DNA of 64,000 nt from a virus, in UHGV virus genome UHGV-1374897; one strand, 5' to 3'. The notes under the pieces are model-generated. The model was given only the letters and a program-made list of their open reading frames with translations, was not told the origin of the DNA and did no database searches. Shown piece by piece: positions 30,304-39,466 of this stretch. The number at the start of each line of letters is the position of its first letter. Position 1 is the first letter of the stretch. The position numbers and the translations under genes are program-made.

Positions 30304-30765
30304 ATGAACGCATTGCATCTATCAACCACACAATACTTCGCGCTTGCGGGCCTTTTCGCGCTTGCGGGTGTAGCTTTCCGCGGCTTAGGAGGTACTGCCC
30401 TCACCGAGATGGCCAAGAGGCTGAAAGCTCACTTGAAGCTCATTGGCATTGAGACCAATAGCTACCGGACGAGAGGAAGCGAGTATACCCTATATGAGCG
30501 CAAGGAAATGGAGAACATGTACAACCGTATCTTCAATACCTCGGTTCAGTGGGTTATCTTTGGGCTAATCGGACTAACTGTAAGTATCATTGCCGAGTGC
30601 CTCTTCACTCTTCCCGCACCTCCGCTTTATGTCCTCTCTCTTATCTCCGCATGGATTGCCGCATGGTATCTCTTTATTGTTGTATCTAACTACATAACCA
30701 CGGGGGTTTTCATGTGGATGACCCGCTATCGACTTTACCGCGAATACCCAAACATCAAATTCTAA
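30304..30765 (+). CDS. Membrane protein, 153 aa
   Basis: Several hydrophobic helices. Confidence 0.45.
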   Translation: MNALHLSTTQYFALAGLFALAGVAFRGLGGTALTEMAKRLKAHLKLIGIETNSYRTRGSEYTLYERKEMENMYNRIFNTSVQWVIFGLIGLTVSIIAECLFTLPAPPLYVLSLISAWIAAWYLFIVVSNYITTGVFMWMTRYRLYREYPNIKF

Positions 30766-30767
30766 CC

Positions 30768-31175
30768 ATGAAGAACAAAGTAAAACTCGGAATGATTGTC
30801 CGCGTCGACTACGGCCCTTGCGGTCGCGTCGTGGAAATCGACAACGAACGTTCTTCCTACCCGTACAAGGTACGCTATTCGGGAGGATTAGCGGAGTGGG
30901 CCTCTGCTAACCAGATGGAGGAAATTCTAGATGCACCAGAAGAATCTGTCCGCGCTGGTTGCAATAACACCGCCAAACCCCGGCGACCGTTCAAGAGAGG
31001 GGATAGGGTACAATTCGTTCCTCGTGGCTGGGTAAGCTACGATGAAGAGCCTATGCCCTATCAGGAGTACGCGGTTTACGATGATGAAGACAGCGACGGC
31101 TGGGTAGCTATCGATGGAGTGACCACCAACTACTTCAACACCGTTATGTTCTTTGACCTTAAACTAATCGACTAA
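30768..31175 (+). CDS. Hypothetical protein with SH3/KOW-like GDxV segments
   Basis: Longer ORF call is 30714..31175; the likely start is MKNKVKLGMIVRV. Confidence 0.4.
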   Translation: MKNKVKLGMIVRVDYGPCGRVVEIDNERSSYPYKVRYSGGLAEWASANQMEEILDAPEESVRAGCNNTAKPRRPFKRGDRVQFVPRGWVSYDEEPMPYQEYAVYDDEDSDGWVAIDGVTTNYFNTVMFFDLKLID

Positions 31176-31293
31176 CTATGACGATATTTGTTGGTATTAC
31201 TGACATCCTCGCATGGGGTGCTATTGCTCTGTGCGCACTCGCCCTATTCACCCTGTGGGTAATCGAAACCATTAAGAAACACATCAAGAGAAA

Positions 31294-32310
31294 ATGAACG
31301 ACGAACCAAATTGTTGGACCTGCGCATACCGTGACCTCCCTGAAACCGCGGAACCCTGCGCCAGTTGTGACATGTACTTTAGCCACTTTGAATCCAGTGA
31401 ACCCACGGAATCCACGGACACCGCGGCAAGCGAGGATGCACGGAGGTGCTCCCTCTGCAAATTCCGTGATACCTTGCTGGTGCAATCCCCCTGCCAGAAG
31501 TGTGCTCTCACTCCCGGACTTCCCAGCTTCACCTCCGATACCAACAAATTGGTAGAGATGGAGATGATGAAGCGGGAAGAAGCAAAGCAGAAGGAAGCCA
31601 AGATGGCTGGTCCTACCTGTCTGACATGTAAACATAAGGGGGTATCTATCGAAGAGGAACCCTGCATCTCCTGCAACGGCTATCAGAATTATACCCCAGA
31701 TGAATCTGCGCCATGTGCCGAAGGTACGGACGAGAACGATGATGTCATCGAACCGTGCAATACTTGCACTCACCGGGATAACCTCCGTTGCAATCCTCCA
31801 TGCTCTCATTGCCAACAGGAGCGGGGAATTGAGTACCCGGAATATGAAGAAGCGGAAGAGGATGAAGAGGATGTCCTCTCCCCCTGCGCTACCTGTAAGT
31901 ACGGGGACTTGCCCGGAACCACGGGACCCTGTGCTTCCTGTTTCGACGAGGGGCTGGACCATCCATTGAACTACGAGGAAGCCACGGAATCCGGGGACGA
32001 AGGCACCGTGGGTTCCGGAATCAAAGGAATCGTGCCACAGCATATTGTTGATATGTTTACCGAAAGAGTGAAGCAAGCGGCCCTCCGGTTCGTGAACGAA
32101 TGCAATGCCCATCCACGTCCTTGCCCGTACTGCGGAGAAATCCCGGAGGTCGTAGAGGAAGCCATCTACCCCGGAGAGAAACATTGCTACGTCGTCTGCA
32201 ACGGGGCCAAGCTTCTTCCTCATAGCATTTCCATTCATGGCCGCACTCGCGAAGAAGCGGCGGCCCACTGGAATAGCTTCGTATTAACTATGAAGTCCCA
32301 AGAAAAATGA
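31294..32310 (+). CDS. Cys-rich protein with five tandem CxxC-x12/13-CxxC zinc-ribbon-like modules
   Basis: CWTC..CASC, CSLC..CQKC, CLTC..CISC, CNTC..CSHC and CATC..CASC, separated by acidic linkers. Confidence 0.55.
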   Translation: MNDEPNCWTCAYRDLPETAEPCASCDMYFSHFESSEPTESTDTAASEDARRCSLCKFRDTLLVQSPCQKCALTPGLPSFTSDTNKLVEMEMMKREEAKQKEAKMAGPTCLTCKHKGVSIEEEPCISCNGYQNYTPDESAPCAEGTDENDDVIEPCNTCTHRDNLRCNPPCSHCQQERGIEYPEYEEAEEDEEDVLSPCATCKYGDLPGTTGPCASCFDEGLDHPLNYEEATESGDEGTVGSGIKGIVPQHIVDMFTERVKQAALRFVNECNAHPRPCPYCGEIPEVVEEAIYPGEKHCYVVCNGAKLLPHSISIHGRTREEAAAHWNSFVLTMKSQEK

Positions 32311-32407
32311 ACAACCACTGGATAACCATTAGCGGGGGAAGATTCGTCCTCCCCATTAACTCCATACTAATCGCGGAGGGAGACCTCGCCGCATAACATT
32401 TCATCTC

Positions 32408-32638
32408 ATGAACCTTCCATACATTGGACAAATTAAACAACTGCGTAACTTCCTTCTTGGAGAGAAACTCATGTCCCCGGCTCTCCTTGCTATCCTCTCG
32501 GACACAGAGCTTATCGACAAGCTCATCGCGGATGGATTCTCCTTCGTCGTACCATATAACGGTGGATATACGACCGCGGATGAAATTCTCCTAATTCCCA
32601 ATGACGCATTGAACCATGCAACGAAACTCTCACGCTAA
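32408..32638 (+). CDS. Hypothetical protein, 76 aa
   Basis: ORF. Confidence 0.35.
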   Translation: MNLPYIGQIKQLRNFLLGEKLMSPALLAILSDTELIDKLIADGFSFVVPYNGGYTTADEILLIPNDALNHATKLSR

Positions 32639-32728
32639 ACGTATGTACACACTAATCGGATTCCTTCTCGGTATTCTCTTCTACTACATCATCGAGAACA
32701 ATAATAACGACAACGACTTTACCCCTGC

Positions 32729-33205
32729 ATGAGAACCAATAGTAGAGGACTAATCGTCCATCCCGGATTGAAACATCCACGGAGGCCACGGCATAGTACT
32801 CCCCCGGTAAAGAATATACCGAAGGGCTACATTGCCACCGGGGAGATTGCCGATAAAATTGGGAGAAGCTCCGTGTGGGTAATTCACGCCCTGAACCGAT
32901 TGAAGGTCAAACACGTTCGTTGCGGCCACACCATGTACTGGGAAGGGGAAGGAGCCAATGACTATATTCAGATGCAGGTCAAAGGCCTATATGACAGTAT
33001 CCCGGAAGGGTACGTTGATGTAGCTACCGCATTGGAATCTACGGGACTAAAGTCCCCTGCGTATCTGACCACCCTATTCAAGCGGGGCAAAGTTCAACGT
33101 GTACGGTATCGTGATGATAGCGACCCTCGCGGTCGTAGGACACGATTCGCGTACAATCTGGTTGACTTGTTGTCCCATTTAGGTTTAGATAGCTCTGACG
33201 TATGA
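32729..33205 (+). CDS. Hypothetical protein, 158 aa
   Basis: ORF. Confidence 0.4.
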   Translation: MRTNSRGLIVHPGLKHPRRPRHSTPPVKNIPKGYIATGEIADKIGRSSVWVIHALNRLKVKHVRCGHTMYWEGEGANDYIQMQVKGLYDSIPEGYVDVATALESTGLKSPAYLTTLFKRGKVQRVRYRDDSDPRGRRTRFAYNLVDLLSHLGLDSSDV

Positions 33206-33555
33206 GAACGACCTACTCCACAACCAGAACCGTACAGAAGGGCCAGAGCAATCAACAAACCTTGCTCGGTCTCCTTCTGAATATTGACCTCCTTGACCCT
33301 TCGCTCCCTCTCGACTATGTTCGTGTCCTTCTGTACATGCACGCCAATGGCTTCGAGCAGAAACATGAGAATCCGACAATAAGTGAGGGCACTCGCATTC
33401 CCATATCTTCTCTTTACTCTATCCTGCGCAAGCTGGAAGAAAAGGGGTATCTTGAATACGAGGGAGTGAGGGGGTCGAGGAAACAAACTAAAAGTAAACT
33501 AACTCCGAAAGGTATCACTTTCTGTCGTGACATCTTCCGGCCACACACAATCTAA
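33202..33555 (+). CDS. PadR/MarR-like winged-helix transcriptional regulator (tentative)
   Basis: YSILRKLEEKGYLEYEGV...KLTPKG matches a wHTH recognition-helix-plus-wing pattern. Confidence 0.4.
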   Translation: MRTTYSTTRTVQKGQSNQQTLLGLLLNIDLLDPSLPLDYVRVLLYMHANGFEQKHENPTISEGTRIPISSLYSILRKLEEKGYLEYEGVRGSRKQTKSKLTPKGITFCRDIFRPHTI

Positions 33556-33563
33556 TCAACAAC

Positions 33564-33998
33564 ATGGAAAAGAACAATCTCGATGAACAGGCAGAAGTCG
33601 CGGCCAAGCTCTATAGCATGGCTGAACTTCCAACCCCGTGGGACCAGCTCACCGCGGTAAAGAAGAAGCCCTACATGAATATGGCGGGCAAACTAATCAA
33701 GGGAGAGGCTGACATCTTTGCCCAGCTGACGGCGAAGTACTGCGTCGCCCTTGGCGTACCCGGCAAGTACAAGACTATCATCTCCGGGATTATTAGTGCC
33801 GCCCTTGGAGCTTTAGCCATGTTTGGAGCATTGGGGCAGAGTAGTTGCACCTACGCAGATGTGAGTAAGGACCGCGCAGTTATCTGCAATGGAGAATCCT
33901 GTGTAATCGTTAGTCCCGGAAGGTTGACCTTTACGCAGGAACAGCCCAAGACGGATGCAGGTCCGGTAGTAATTCCCTCCAAAGAATACTGCAAATAA
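33564..33998 (+). CDS. Hypothetical protein, 144 aa, with a TM segment
   Basis: ORF. Confidence 0.4.
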   Translation: MEKNNLDEQAEVAAKLYSMAELPTPWDQLTAVKKKPYMNMAGKLIKGEADIFAQLTAKYCVALGVPGKYKTIISGIISAALGALAMFGALGQSSCTYADVSKDRAVICNGESCVIVSPGRLTFTQEQPKTDAGPVVIPSKEYCK

Positions 33999-33999
33999 T

Positions 34000-35031
34000 A
34001 TGGCAGAAGAGTATCAAGAGATTCCACAAGCTCCTGACCTCTTTAATCATCCCGTACCCTCGGTTCCCGTGGGCACGGAGATGTTTAATGAGGCCCCGCC
34101 ATTTGATTCGATGCCGGACCCGATTGCCCCTGTCTATGGGGATAGTGATATAGGGACGTTCCATACTCCGGTATATAATGATGACCCCCTCATGCGCAAC
34201 CGGGAAGAGAGCATGTTCTCCGTCGTGTATGACCCAAAGGATTCCGGGCCTAACGCAAAGGTCATGTACACCTGCGGTGTTGTCATTGATGATAATAAGG
34301 TGCATGAAATTGGTGGTGCGCCGGGGACGTTGAAGGCAGTGGATAGTGGAGAGAAGGCACCATTGGATAAGGATATTATCTGGTACGTAAACGTAAAGAG
34401 TGACCGCAAATCTTCTACGGTAAGTAGCAAGAAAGATACCAGCGCGGACTTCTCCGTCCCCATTGCGAGGATGAGCAAGGGCAGGAACGGATATATCCAG
34501 CAACTTCACCGAGGTGCTATCTTCATTGGAGGTGGCGGCGGTGGCGGCAAGTTCCCATACAAGGTCACGACGACTAAGGAGCAGGACGCAAACAAGAACT
34601 GGCATACCTACGCAGTTATCGAGCCGGGCGGTTTCCGTGATACCGAACGGAAGAAGGTGGAGATTGACGGGTTCAAAGACGGGGCGGCTAAGAAGGAAAT
34701 CGTAACCGATGGTGAACTTCCCGTACTCCTTGAATGGGAATACACTTGGCCCGCCAATACCGTGACGAACGCCAAGCTGGTTGTTGATGATAAGCCGTGG
34801 GATGGTAAGGAGGTAATCACTCCGATTGAGAGTGCCGAGGGAACGGGTAAGAGCAAATGCGCGATTGCCATCCTGACAGTAACGCGAAACCCGCAGGACA
34901 ATAGTCTCGACGCAACCGTGAAATCCCAGCTGGTCAATACTGGACTGGCCGCCGTCTGGTATAGTGGCTACGTGGACGGAGTAAGCGGACATGTTGGGCA
35001 ATATGCAGAAGTAAGTACCGTAGCACCATGA
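34000..35031 (+). CDS. Hypothetical protein, 343 aa
   Basis: ORF. Confidence 0.5.
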   Translation: MAEEYQEIPQAPDLFNHPVPSVPVGTEMFNEAPPFDSMPDPIAPVYGDSDIGTFHTPVYNDDPLMRNREESMFSVVYDPKDSGPNAKVMYTCGVVIDDNKVHEIGGAPGTLKAVDSGEKAPLDKDIIWYVNVKSDRKSSTVSSKKDTSADFSVPIARMSKGRNGYIQQLHRGAIFIGGGGGGGKFPYKVTTTKEQDANKNWHTYAVIEPGGFRDTERKKVEIDGFKDGAAKKEIVTDGELPVLLEWEYTWPANTVTNAKLVVDDKPWDGKEVITPIESAEGTGKSKCAIAILTVTRNPQDNSLDATVKSQLVNTGLAAVWYSGYVDGVSGHVGQYAEVSTVAP

Positions 35032-35840
35032 AGTCTCACCTCTTACTCCCCACGAACTCGTCGAAGGATATTTCGGTTTTAATGAGGAAGAATAATCCTG
35101 ACTACACTGAACAATATAAAAGTAGTTTGTGGTATGGAACCCAAGGACCCACGGTTTCCGGGCTTCCTGTACCTCTAGGTCGAGCCGTAGCTATTTCACC
35201 AAACGCAACGCATAAACCGGGGATTAAGTGCAAGAACCTTGTGGACGCGTGGAAAGTCTTCAACACATTGAAAGGATTTAATTCCATCGCGCTTCCGGCG
35301 AAGTTGCCTAGTCAGAATGGCATTCCCGGAGGCGTCGATGCTCGTACTCAATATCGAGTATACGAGCCAGCACTTTGGTTCGCATGGCAGGGAGTGCCGG
35401 AAGGAACTGAAATTACTCCACATGAAGTCACATTGCAGGAAGCCCGCGATTGGCCCTACTATGACGACGGCTGGCTATACCAAAACAGTATATACGGACC
35501 ACATTATGGAAACGGATTTATGGATAATATGTGGTACATTGAATCAGAAAGTGGAGCAGTTTATCTGGATGTAAGTATCGATTTAAGCTTCAAGTATGAG
35601 AGAAAAACATCCTCTGGTGTATGGCAGACCTTTTCGATACTTGCCTATGTAGGCTACCCCATTAAATATTGGGCGAATGGGAATAAGGCTTCCATGCGAA
35701 CAGTCACATGGAACACCACGATAGGTGGAGTAGAAGTTGACTGCATTGGAAGTTATTACTGTTGGACCCCCTACGTTGCCGCTCCCGAAATCTCCCAAAT
35801 GAATCAATGGTTTAAGGGATTACAGTTCACGACACTTTGA
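35028..35840 (+). CDS. Hypothetical protein, 270 aa
   Basis: ORF. Confidence 0.5.
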   Translation: MKSHLLLPTNSSKDISVLMRKNNPDYTEQYKSSLWYGTQGPTVSGLPVPLGRAVAISPNATHKPGIKCKNLVDAWKVFNTLKGFNSIALPAKLPSQNGIPGGVDARTQYRVYEPALWFAWQGVPEGTEITPHEVTLQEARDWPYYDDGWLYQNSIYGPHYGNGFMDNMWYIESESGAVYLDVSIDLSFKYERKTSSGVWQTFSILAYVGYPIKYWANGNKASMRTVTWNTTIGGVEVDCIGSYYCWTPYVAAPEISQMNQWFKGLQFTTL

Positions 35841-35885
35841 TATAGCAGTACAACTGGCTTATCGATTTCGTACATCGAAATGTCA

Positions 35886-35956
35886 GGACGTTAAACTCCC
35901 ACGGAACCCACGGAACCCACGGCCAAATGGTCACAATGGGTTCCGTGGGTTCTCCG
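35886..35956. promoter_or_regulatory. Inverted repeat built from three tandem ACGGAACCC units and the reverse-complement GGGTTCCGTGGGTT
   Basis: 14-bp perfect arms AACCCACGGAACCC / GGGTTCCGTGGGTT with a loop of about 20 nt. Lies between gene 35028 and promoter 35982. Confidence 0.5.
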
Positions 35957-35981
35957 TTGTGTCATACCAATTAAAAATTTC

Positions 35982-36009
35982 TTGACCAGAATCTTCTTCT
36001 GTGTATGAT
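35982..36009 (+). promoter_or_regulatory. Sigma70-like promoter TTGACC-N16-TATGAT overlapping the first ATG of gene 36005
   Basis: The -10 box at 36004-36009 overlaps the ATG at 36005. The next in-frame ATG is at 36017. Confidence 0.4.
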
Positions 36010-36682
36010 GGCGGGCATGGACAATAACTTCCATTACATCATTAGCGCGTATAACCCCTCCCTTCATTGGCCGGAGAGGGAATCAAACCTAATCCATTAC
36101 ACGGTCAATTATCTTAAATCCCTGCACATCCCCGGCGAGCGCATTACCGTCATGTCCGAGGACCTTGGCGTTCTTTCATGGGCCAAAGCGGAGGGGCTGA
36201 ACGTTGCCCGCGTCCCTGACGCACCCGATGAAGCCATCCTCTCCATCGCCGCAGAGCATGCGGGAATGGACATCATGGTGCTCGATACTCAATGCCCGGT
36301 GCGCGAAGCGGACCTTCTCGACGTTATGGCTAGCCAGATAGCTACCGAGAAGGATGTCATCTTCATCTCCGCATACATGGGAATGAAGCGGGCGGCCATC
36401 GAAGACTTCCCTGCATGGACCAGTATAGTTGACGGTAGTGTGTGGGGGTTCCGGCACGATAGCGACCTGAAAGCCATTAAGAAAATGAGAAGTATCTATT
36501 ATGTCTATCATGACGCGTTCGCCGGACACTTCGGAGTGAGCCTCGACTACCAATACGACAAGGAGGTTCTCGACATCGCCGTGAAACGCGGCTGGGAAAA
36601 GAGCGCAAGCACCGCTCCATGCTCCGCGGATTATCCGCGCCGCGTGCAGATTATGGTTGACAAACCCAAACAGAATATCTAA
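36005..36682 (+). CDS. Hypothetical protein, about 220 aa
   Basis: ORF. The true start is probably 36017. Confidence 0.45.
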   Translation: MMAGMDNNFHYIISAYNPSLHWPERESNLIHYTVNYLKSLHIPGERITVMSEDLGVLSWAKAEGLNVARVPDAPDEAILSIAAEHAGMDIMVLDTQCPVREADLLDVMASQIATEKDVIFISAYMGMKRAAIEDFPAWTSIVDGSVWGFRHDSDLKAIKKMRSIYYVYHDAFAGHFGVSLDYQYDKEVLDIAVKRGWEKSASTAPCSADYPRRVQIMVDKPKQNI

Positions 36683-36696
36683 TCTTCATTCACACC

Positions 36697-37149
36697 ATGA
36701 ACACAAACCAATTATATTTTGACGGAAGCCTCGGACAGTTTATTCGCAAGGCGAACTACGAACAGGTAAGCGTAAATCCCACGTTGGAAGTTCAGCATGG
36801 AATGTCCTCTCTCATCCTCCCTCTCGGTGCAGGATTTAAGGGAGACCTCCGGTTTAATTTCTCCCATGCCTCTGCTCTTCTTGTCAACGTCTCCCCGTCA
36901 AGCCCCTTTGCATGGAAGATTCAGTTAGCCCCGCTCAACGCCGGAGCCTTGCCTGTATGGAAGACAGTCGCGTCTGGCATGACGTCCTCGGTGAAACCCG
37001 GAGGCACTGCTGACACCATTATCCTTCCTACGGACATCTTTGAATTAGACCCTGCCGAATATCCTGTCGGGACCTACTGGATGACTGTTGAGTTCTCCAA
37101 TACGGTTGACTGGACCCGCACCTTCCCCTTCACACTTCAAATCATCTAA
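36697..37149 (+). CDS. Hypothetical protein, 150 aa
   Basis: ORF. Confidence 0.45.
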   Translation: MNTNQLYFDGSLGQFIRKANYEQVSVNPTLEVQHGMSSLILPLGAGFKGDLRFNFSHASALLVNVSPSSPFAWKIQLAPLNAGALPVWKTVASGMTSSVKPGGTADTIILPTDIFELDPAEYPVGTYWMTVEFSNTVDWTRTFPFTLQII

Positions 37150-37151
37150 CC

Positions 37152-37523
37152 ATGCAACTTGATTTATCCCACATCCTGCAACTCTACCCCGTCCTGAAGG
37201 TCCTCCATTACCAGACAAGTAGTGGATTCCATCATGAACGATACGACGATGCGGTAGAAGAATTGGGCGGCATTGCCGACAGTTTCATTGAAACCTATCT
37301 CGGACTACATGGCCGCGACTGGATGGTAAAGCCCATGCTGGTGCGTCCCGTGTTGCCTGATACTTCTACTAATTGCATTATCCTGTACAGAAATGTCATC
37401 CTACATGACATCGTTCCCTACCTCTACACCATTGCCGGGAATGAACCCGCGCTAAGGAAACTGGCAGAGGACTTCGAGCAGAGTGCCCAAAAGATTTACG
37501 GACTACTGAACAATTACGTCTAA
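37152..37523 (+). CDS. Hypothetical protein, 123 aa
   Basis: ORF. Confidence 0.4.
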   Translation: MQLDLSHILQLYPVLKVLHYQTSSGFHHERYDDAVEELGGIADSFIETYLGLHGRDWMVKPMLVRPVLPDTSTNCIILYRNVILHDIVPYLYTIAGNEPALRKLAEDFEQSAQKIYGLLNNYV

Positions 37524-37531
37524 TAGAACCC

Positions 37532-38041
37532 ATGCCTACAACAACTCGCGTCCGAGAATTTTTTCTTTGTTCCGACGGCCCGGAGAGCAACCCCGAAGTA
37601 ATAGCCACGGTACTTCCAAGGCTTGACGGGGTTTGCTCCCGCGCCCGGTCCTTGACATGGGGCGTTATTGCCTATTCCCTCTCTCACTTCAACCTGCCCT
37701 TCGGGGTTGCCTTGGAGAACATGAGGAACGGTTATTGTGCCCGCGTCGTAGGAACGTCTACTGGGGAGGAAACCGAAGATGGGGATGAAGCCGCCGACGT
37801 TACCCCTTGGTTCATCCTGCAATCCTTTAAGACCGAGAGCGGCGAATGGGACTACCGTTTCATGGCGTTGGAACCAATAGAGGCAGGAGCCGCCATTGAT
37901 ATGAAGAGGGATTATCTCCTTCCCGATGGATGGTATAAAGTCGGAGAAGAGGTAACTCTTCGCAACGATTTCATCGCCTCCTTCTGTTGGGAGATTGCCA
38001 TTCCCGGCGACCCTCAAAAAATAGAAACCGCAAACGTATAG
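37532..38041 (+). CDS. Hypothetical protein, 169 aa
   Basis: ORF. Confidence 0.45.
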   Translation: MPTTTRVREFFLCSDGPESNPEVIATVLPRLDGVCSRARSLTWGVIAYSLSHFNLPFGVALENMRNGYCARVVGTSTGEETEDGDEAADVTPWFILQSFKTESGEWDYRFMALEPIEAGAAIDMKRDYLLPDGWYKVGEEVTLRNDFIASFCWEIAIPGDPQKIETANV

Positions 38042-38052
38042 ACGAATAAATC

Positions 38053-38292
38053 ATGAACGACAAAGTAGCTATTTTAGAAGACAAAGGATTTGGATTCTTC
38101 CGAGTAACTCACTGTGGAAGTGTCATTGCAGATTTTCTTTACTGCACTGGCTCTGGTGAACAAGGATATATGACACGAGATTCCGCAAAGAAACTGGCAA
38201 CGAAGATTGCCCGCTACGTAGTTAGCAGAGGGACAGTTTGTACCATCGAGGGAGTATCACTTAACCAAATCTATTTCAACACCGATGACTGA
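38053..38292 (+). CDS. Small paralog 1 of 7 (subfamily A), 79 aa
   Basis: GFFRV...CGSVIADFLYC...GYMTRDSAKKLATKIARYV. Shares 28 nt identically with paralog 6. Confidence 0.6.
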   Translation: MNDKVAILEDKGFGFFRVTHCGSVIADFLYCTGSGEQGYMTRDSAKKLATKIARYVVSRGTVCTIEGVSLNQIYFNTDD

Positions 38293-38521
38293 CACTCTAA
38301 ATATTACCACCGTAGATGACCCCGATATCGGGTTTTTCTGGGTCCTGCTTGAAAACTGTTGCGTTGCCACCTTTTACTATTGCGTGAAAGATGATAGTGG
38401 CTTCTTCACCAAGGAGCAAGCTAAGAAACTGGCCGACAAGCTCTCCCGCAAAATTGAGAAGAGCATGATTATCGAAACCGAAAAGGGAATCAAATTGGAA
38501 AGGAACAACATCAATGAATAA
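38285..38521 (+). CDS. Small paralog 2 of 7 (subfamily B), 78 aa
   Basis: GFFWVLLENCCVATFYYC...GFFTKEQAKKLADKLSRKIEKS. ATGA overlap with its neighbour. Confidence 0.6.
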   Translation: MTDTLNITTVDDPDIGFFWVLLENCCVATFYYCVKDDSGFFTKEQAKKLADKLSRKIEKSMIIETEKGIKLERNNINE

Positions 38522-38750
38522 CGATTCAGATACCCGTGTTTATGACCTCCCTACTAGCGGAATGTTCCGCGTCAGGCACAGAGGAAGTTGCGTCGCCGTT
38601 TTCAACTATTGCGTGGCAGATGAAAGCGGCTTCTTCACCAAGAAGCAAGCTAAGAAACTAGCCATCAAGCTCGCCCGCAAAATTGAGAAGAGCACGGTCA
38701 TAGAAACAAAGATGGGAATCAAACTTAAAAGGAACAATACTAATGACTGA
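38514..38750 (+). CDS. Small paralog 3 of 7 (subfamily B), 78 aa
   Basis: GMFRVRHRGSCVAVFNYC...GFFTKKQAKKLAIKLARKIEKS. Confidence 0.6.
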   Translation: MNNDSDTRVYDLPTSGMFRVRHRGSCVAVFNYCVADESGFFTKKQAKKLAIKLARKIEKSTVIETKMGIKLKRNNTND

Positions 38751-38985
38751 CACTCTAAATATTACCACCGTAGATGACCCCATTGCCGGATTTTTCCGGG
38801 TCATGCTTGAAAACTGTTGCGTTGCCGCCTTTTACTATTGCACGGAAGGCGAGGAAGGACATTTCACCAAGAAGCAAGCCAAGAAGCTGACCGAGAAGCT
38901 AGTCCGCAAAATTGAAAATAGTACGACCATCAAAACCAAAAAAGGATTTAAACTTAAAAGGAACAACAATGACCAACGAGATTAG
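38743..38985 (+). CDS. Small paralog 4 of 7 (subfamily B), 80 aa
   Basis: GFFRVMLENCCVAAFYYC...GHFTKKQAKKLTEKLVRKIENS. The first 36 nt of the coding sequence are identical to paralog 2. Confidence 0.6.
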   Translation: MTDTLNITTVDDPIAGFFRVMLENCCVAAFYYCTEGEEGHFTKKQAKKLTEKLVRKIENSTTIKTKKGFKLKRNNNDQRD

Positions 38986-39217
38986 TATTGTAGATAATAA
39001 GAGAGTAGGAATCCTCAAGGTGAAATATGAGGGAGATACCTTTGCCATCTTTAACTATTGTCAGGAGGGAGACGAGAAGGAACAGTGTTATCCCACGCGC
39101 GAAAGGGCTATAGAAATGGCGAAGATGGTTGCTCGCCATCTCATCCACGCGAATCCCGTTATGACAGAAAGGGGCATTGACCTTTACCCGACAGACTATA
39201 CAATCCAAGACGAATAA
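38969..39217 (+). CDS. Small paralog 5 of 7 (divergent subfamily C), 82 aa
   Basis: GDTFAIFNYCQEG...YPTRERAIEMAKMVARHL. Longer ORF call is 38912..39217. Confidence 0.5.
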   Translation: MTNEISIVDNKRVGILKVKYEGDTFAIFNYCQEGDEKEQCYPTRERAIEMAKMVARHLIHANPVMTERGIDLYPTDYTIQDE

Positions 39218-39220
39218 ATC

Positions 39221-39466
39221 ATGAATGACAAAGTAAGAATTTTCGAGAATAAAATGCTCGGCGGGTTCGAAGTGGAATATGATGGGATTGCCGTTGCCCA
39301 ATTTTTCTACTACACAGAGTGGGACGAACGGGGCTTCATGACGCGAGACGCGGCAAAGAAACTGGCAACGAAGATTGCCCACAAAATTGAGAAGAGCATG
39401 ATTATCGAAACCGAAAAGGGAATCAAACTACTTAAACCGAAAAGGAACAACAATGACCAACGATAA
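39221..39466 (+). CDS. Small paralog 6 of 7 (subfamily A), 81 aa
   Basis: GGFEVEYDGIAVAQFFYY...GFMTRDAAKKLATKIAHKIEKSMIIETEKGIKL. Shares 46 nt identically with paralog 2. Confidence 0.6.
   Translation: MNDKVRIFENKMLGGFEVEYDGIAVAQFFYYTEWDERGFMTRDAAKKLATKIAHKIEKSMIIETEKGIKLLKPKRNNNDQR

Noticed and set aside
33202-33555. Lysogeny module (repressor plus integrase)
   Set aside because: Only a single PadR-like wHTH protein is present. There is no integrase, recombinase, excisionase or partition gene anywhere in the window, so the phage is treated as virulent.
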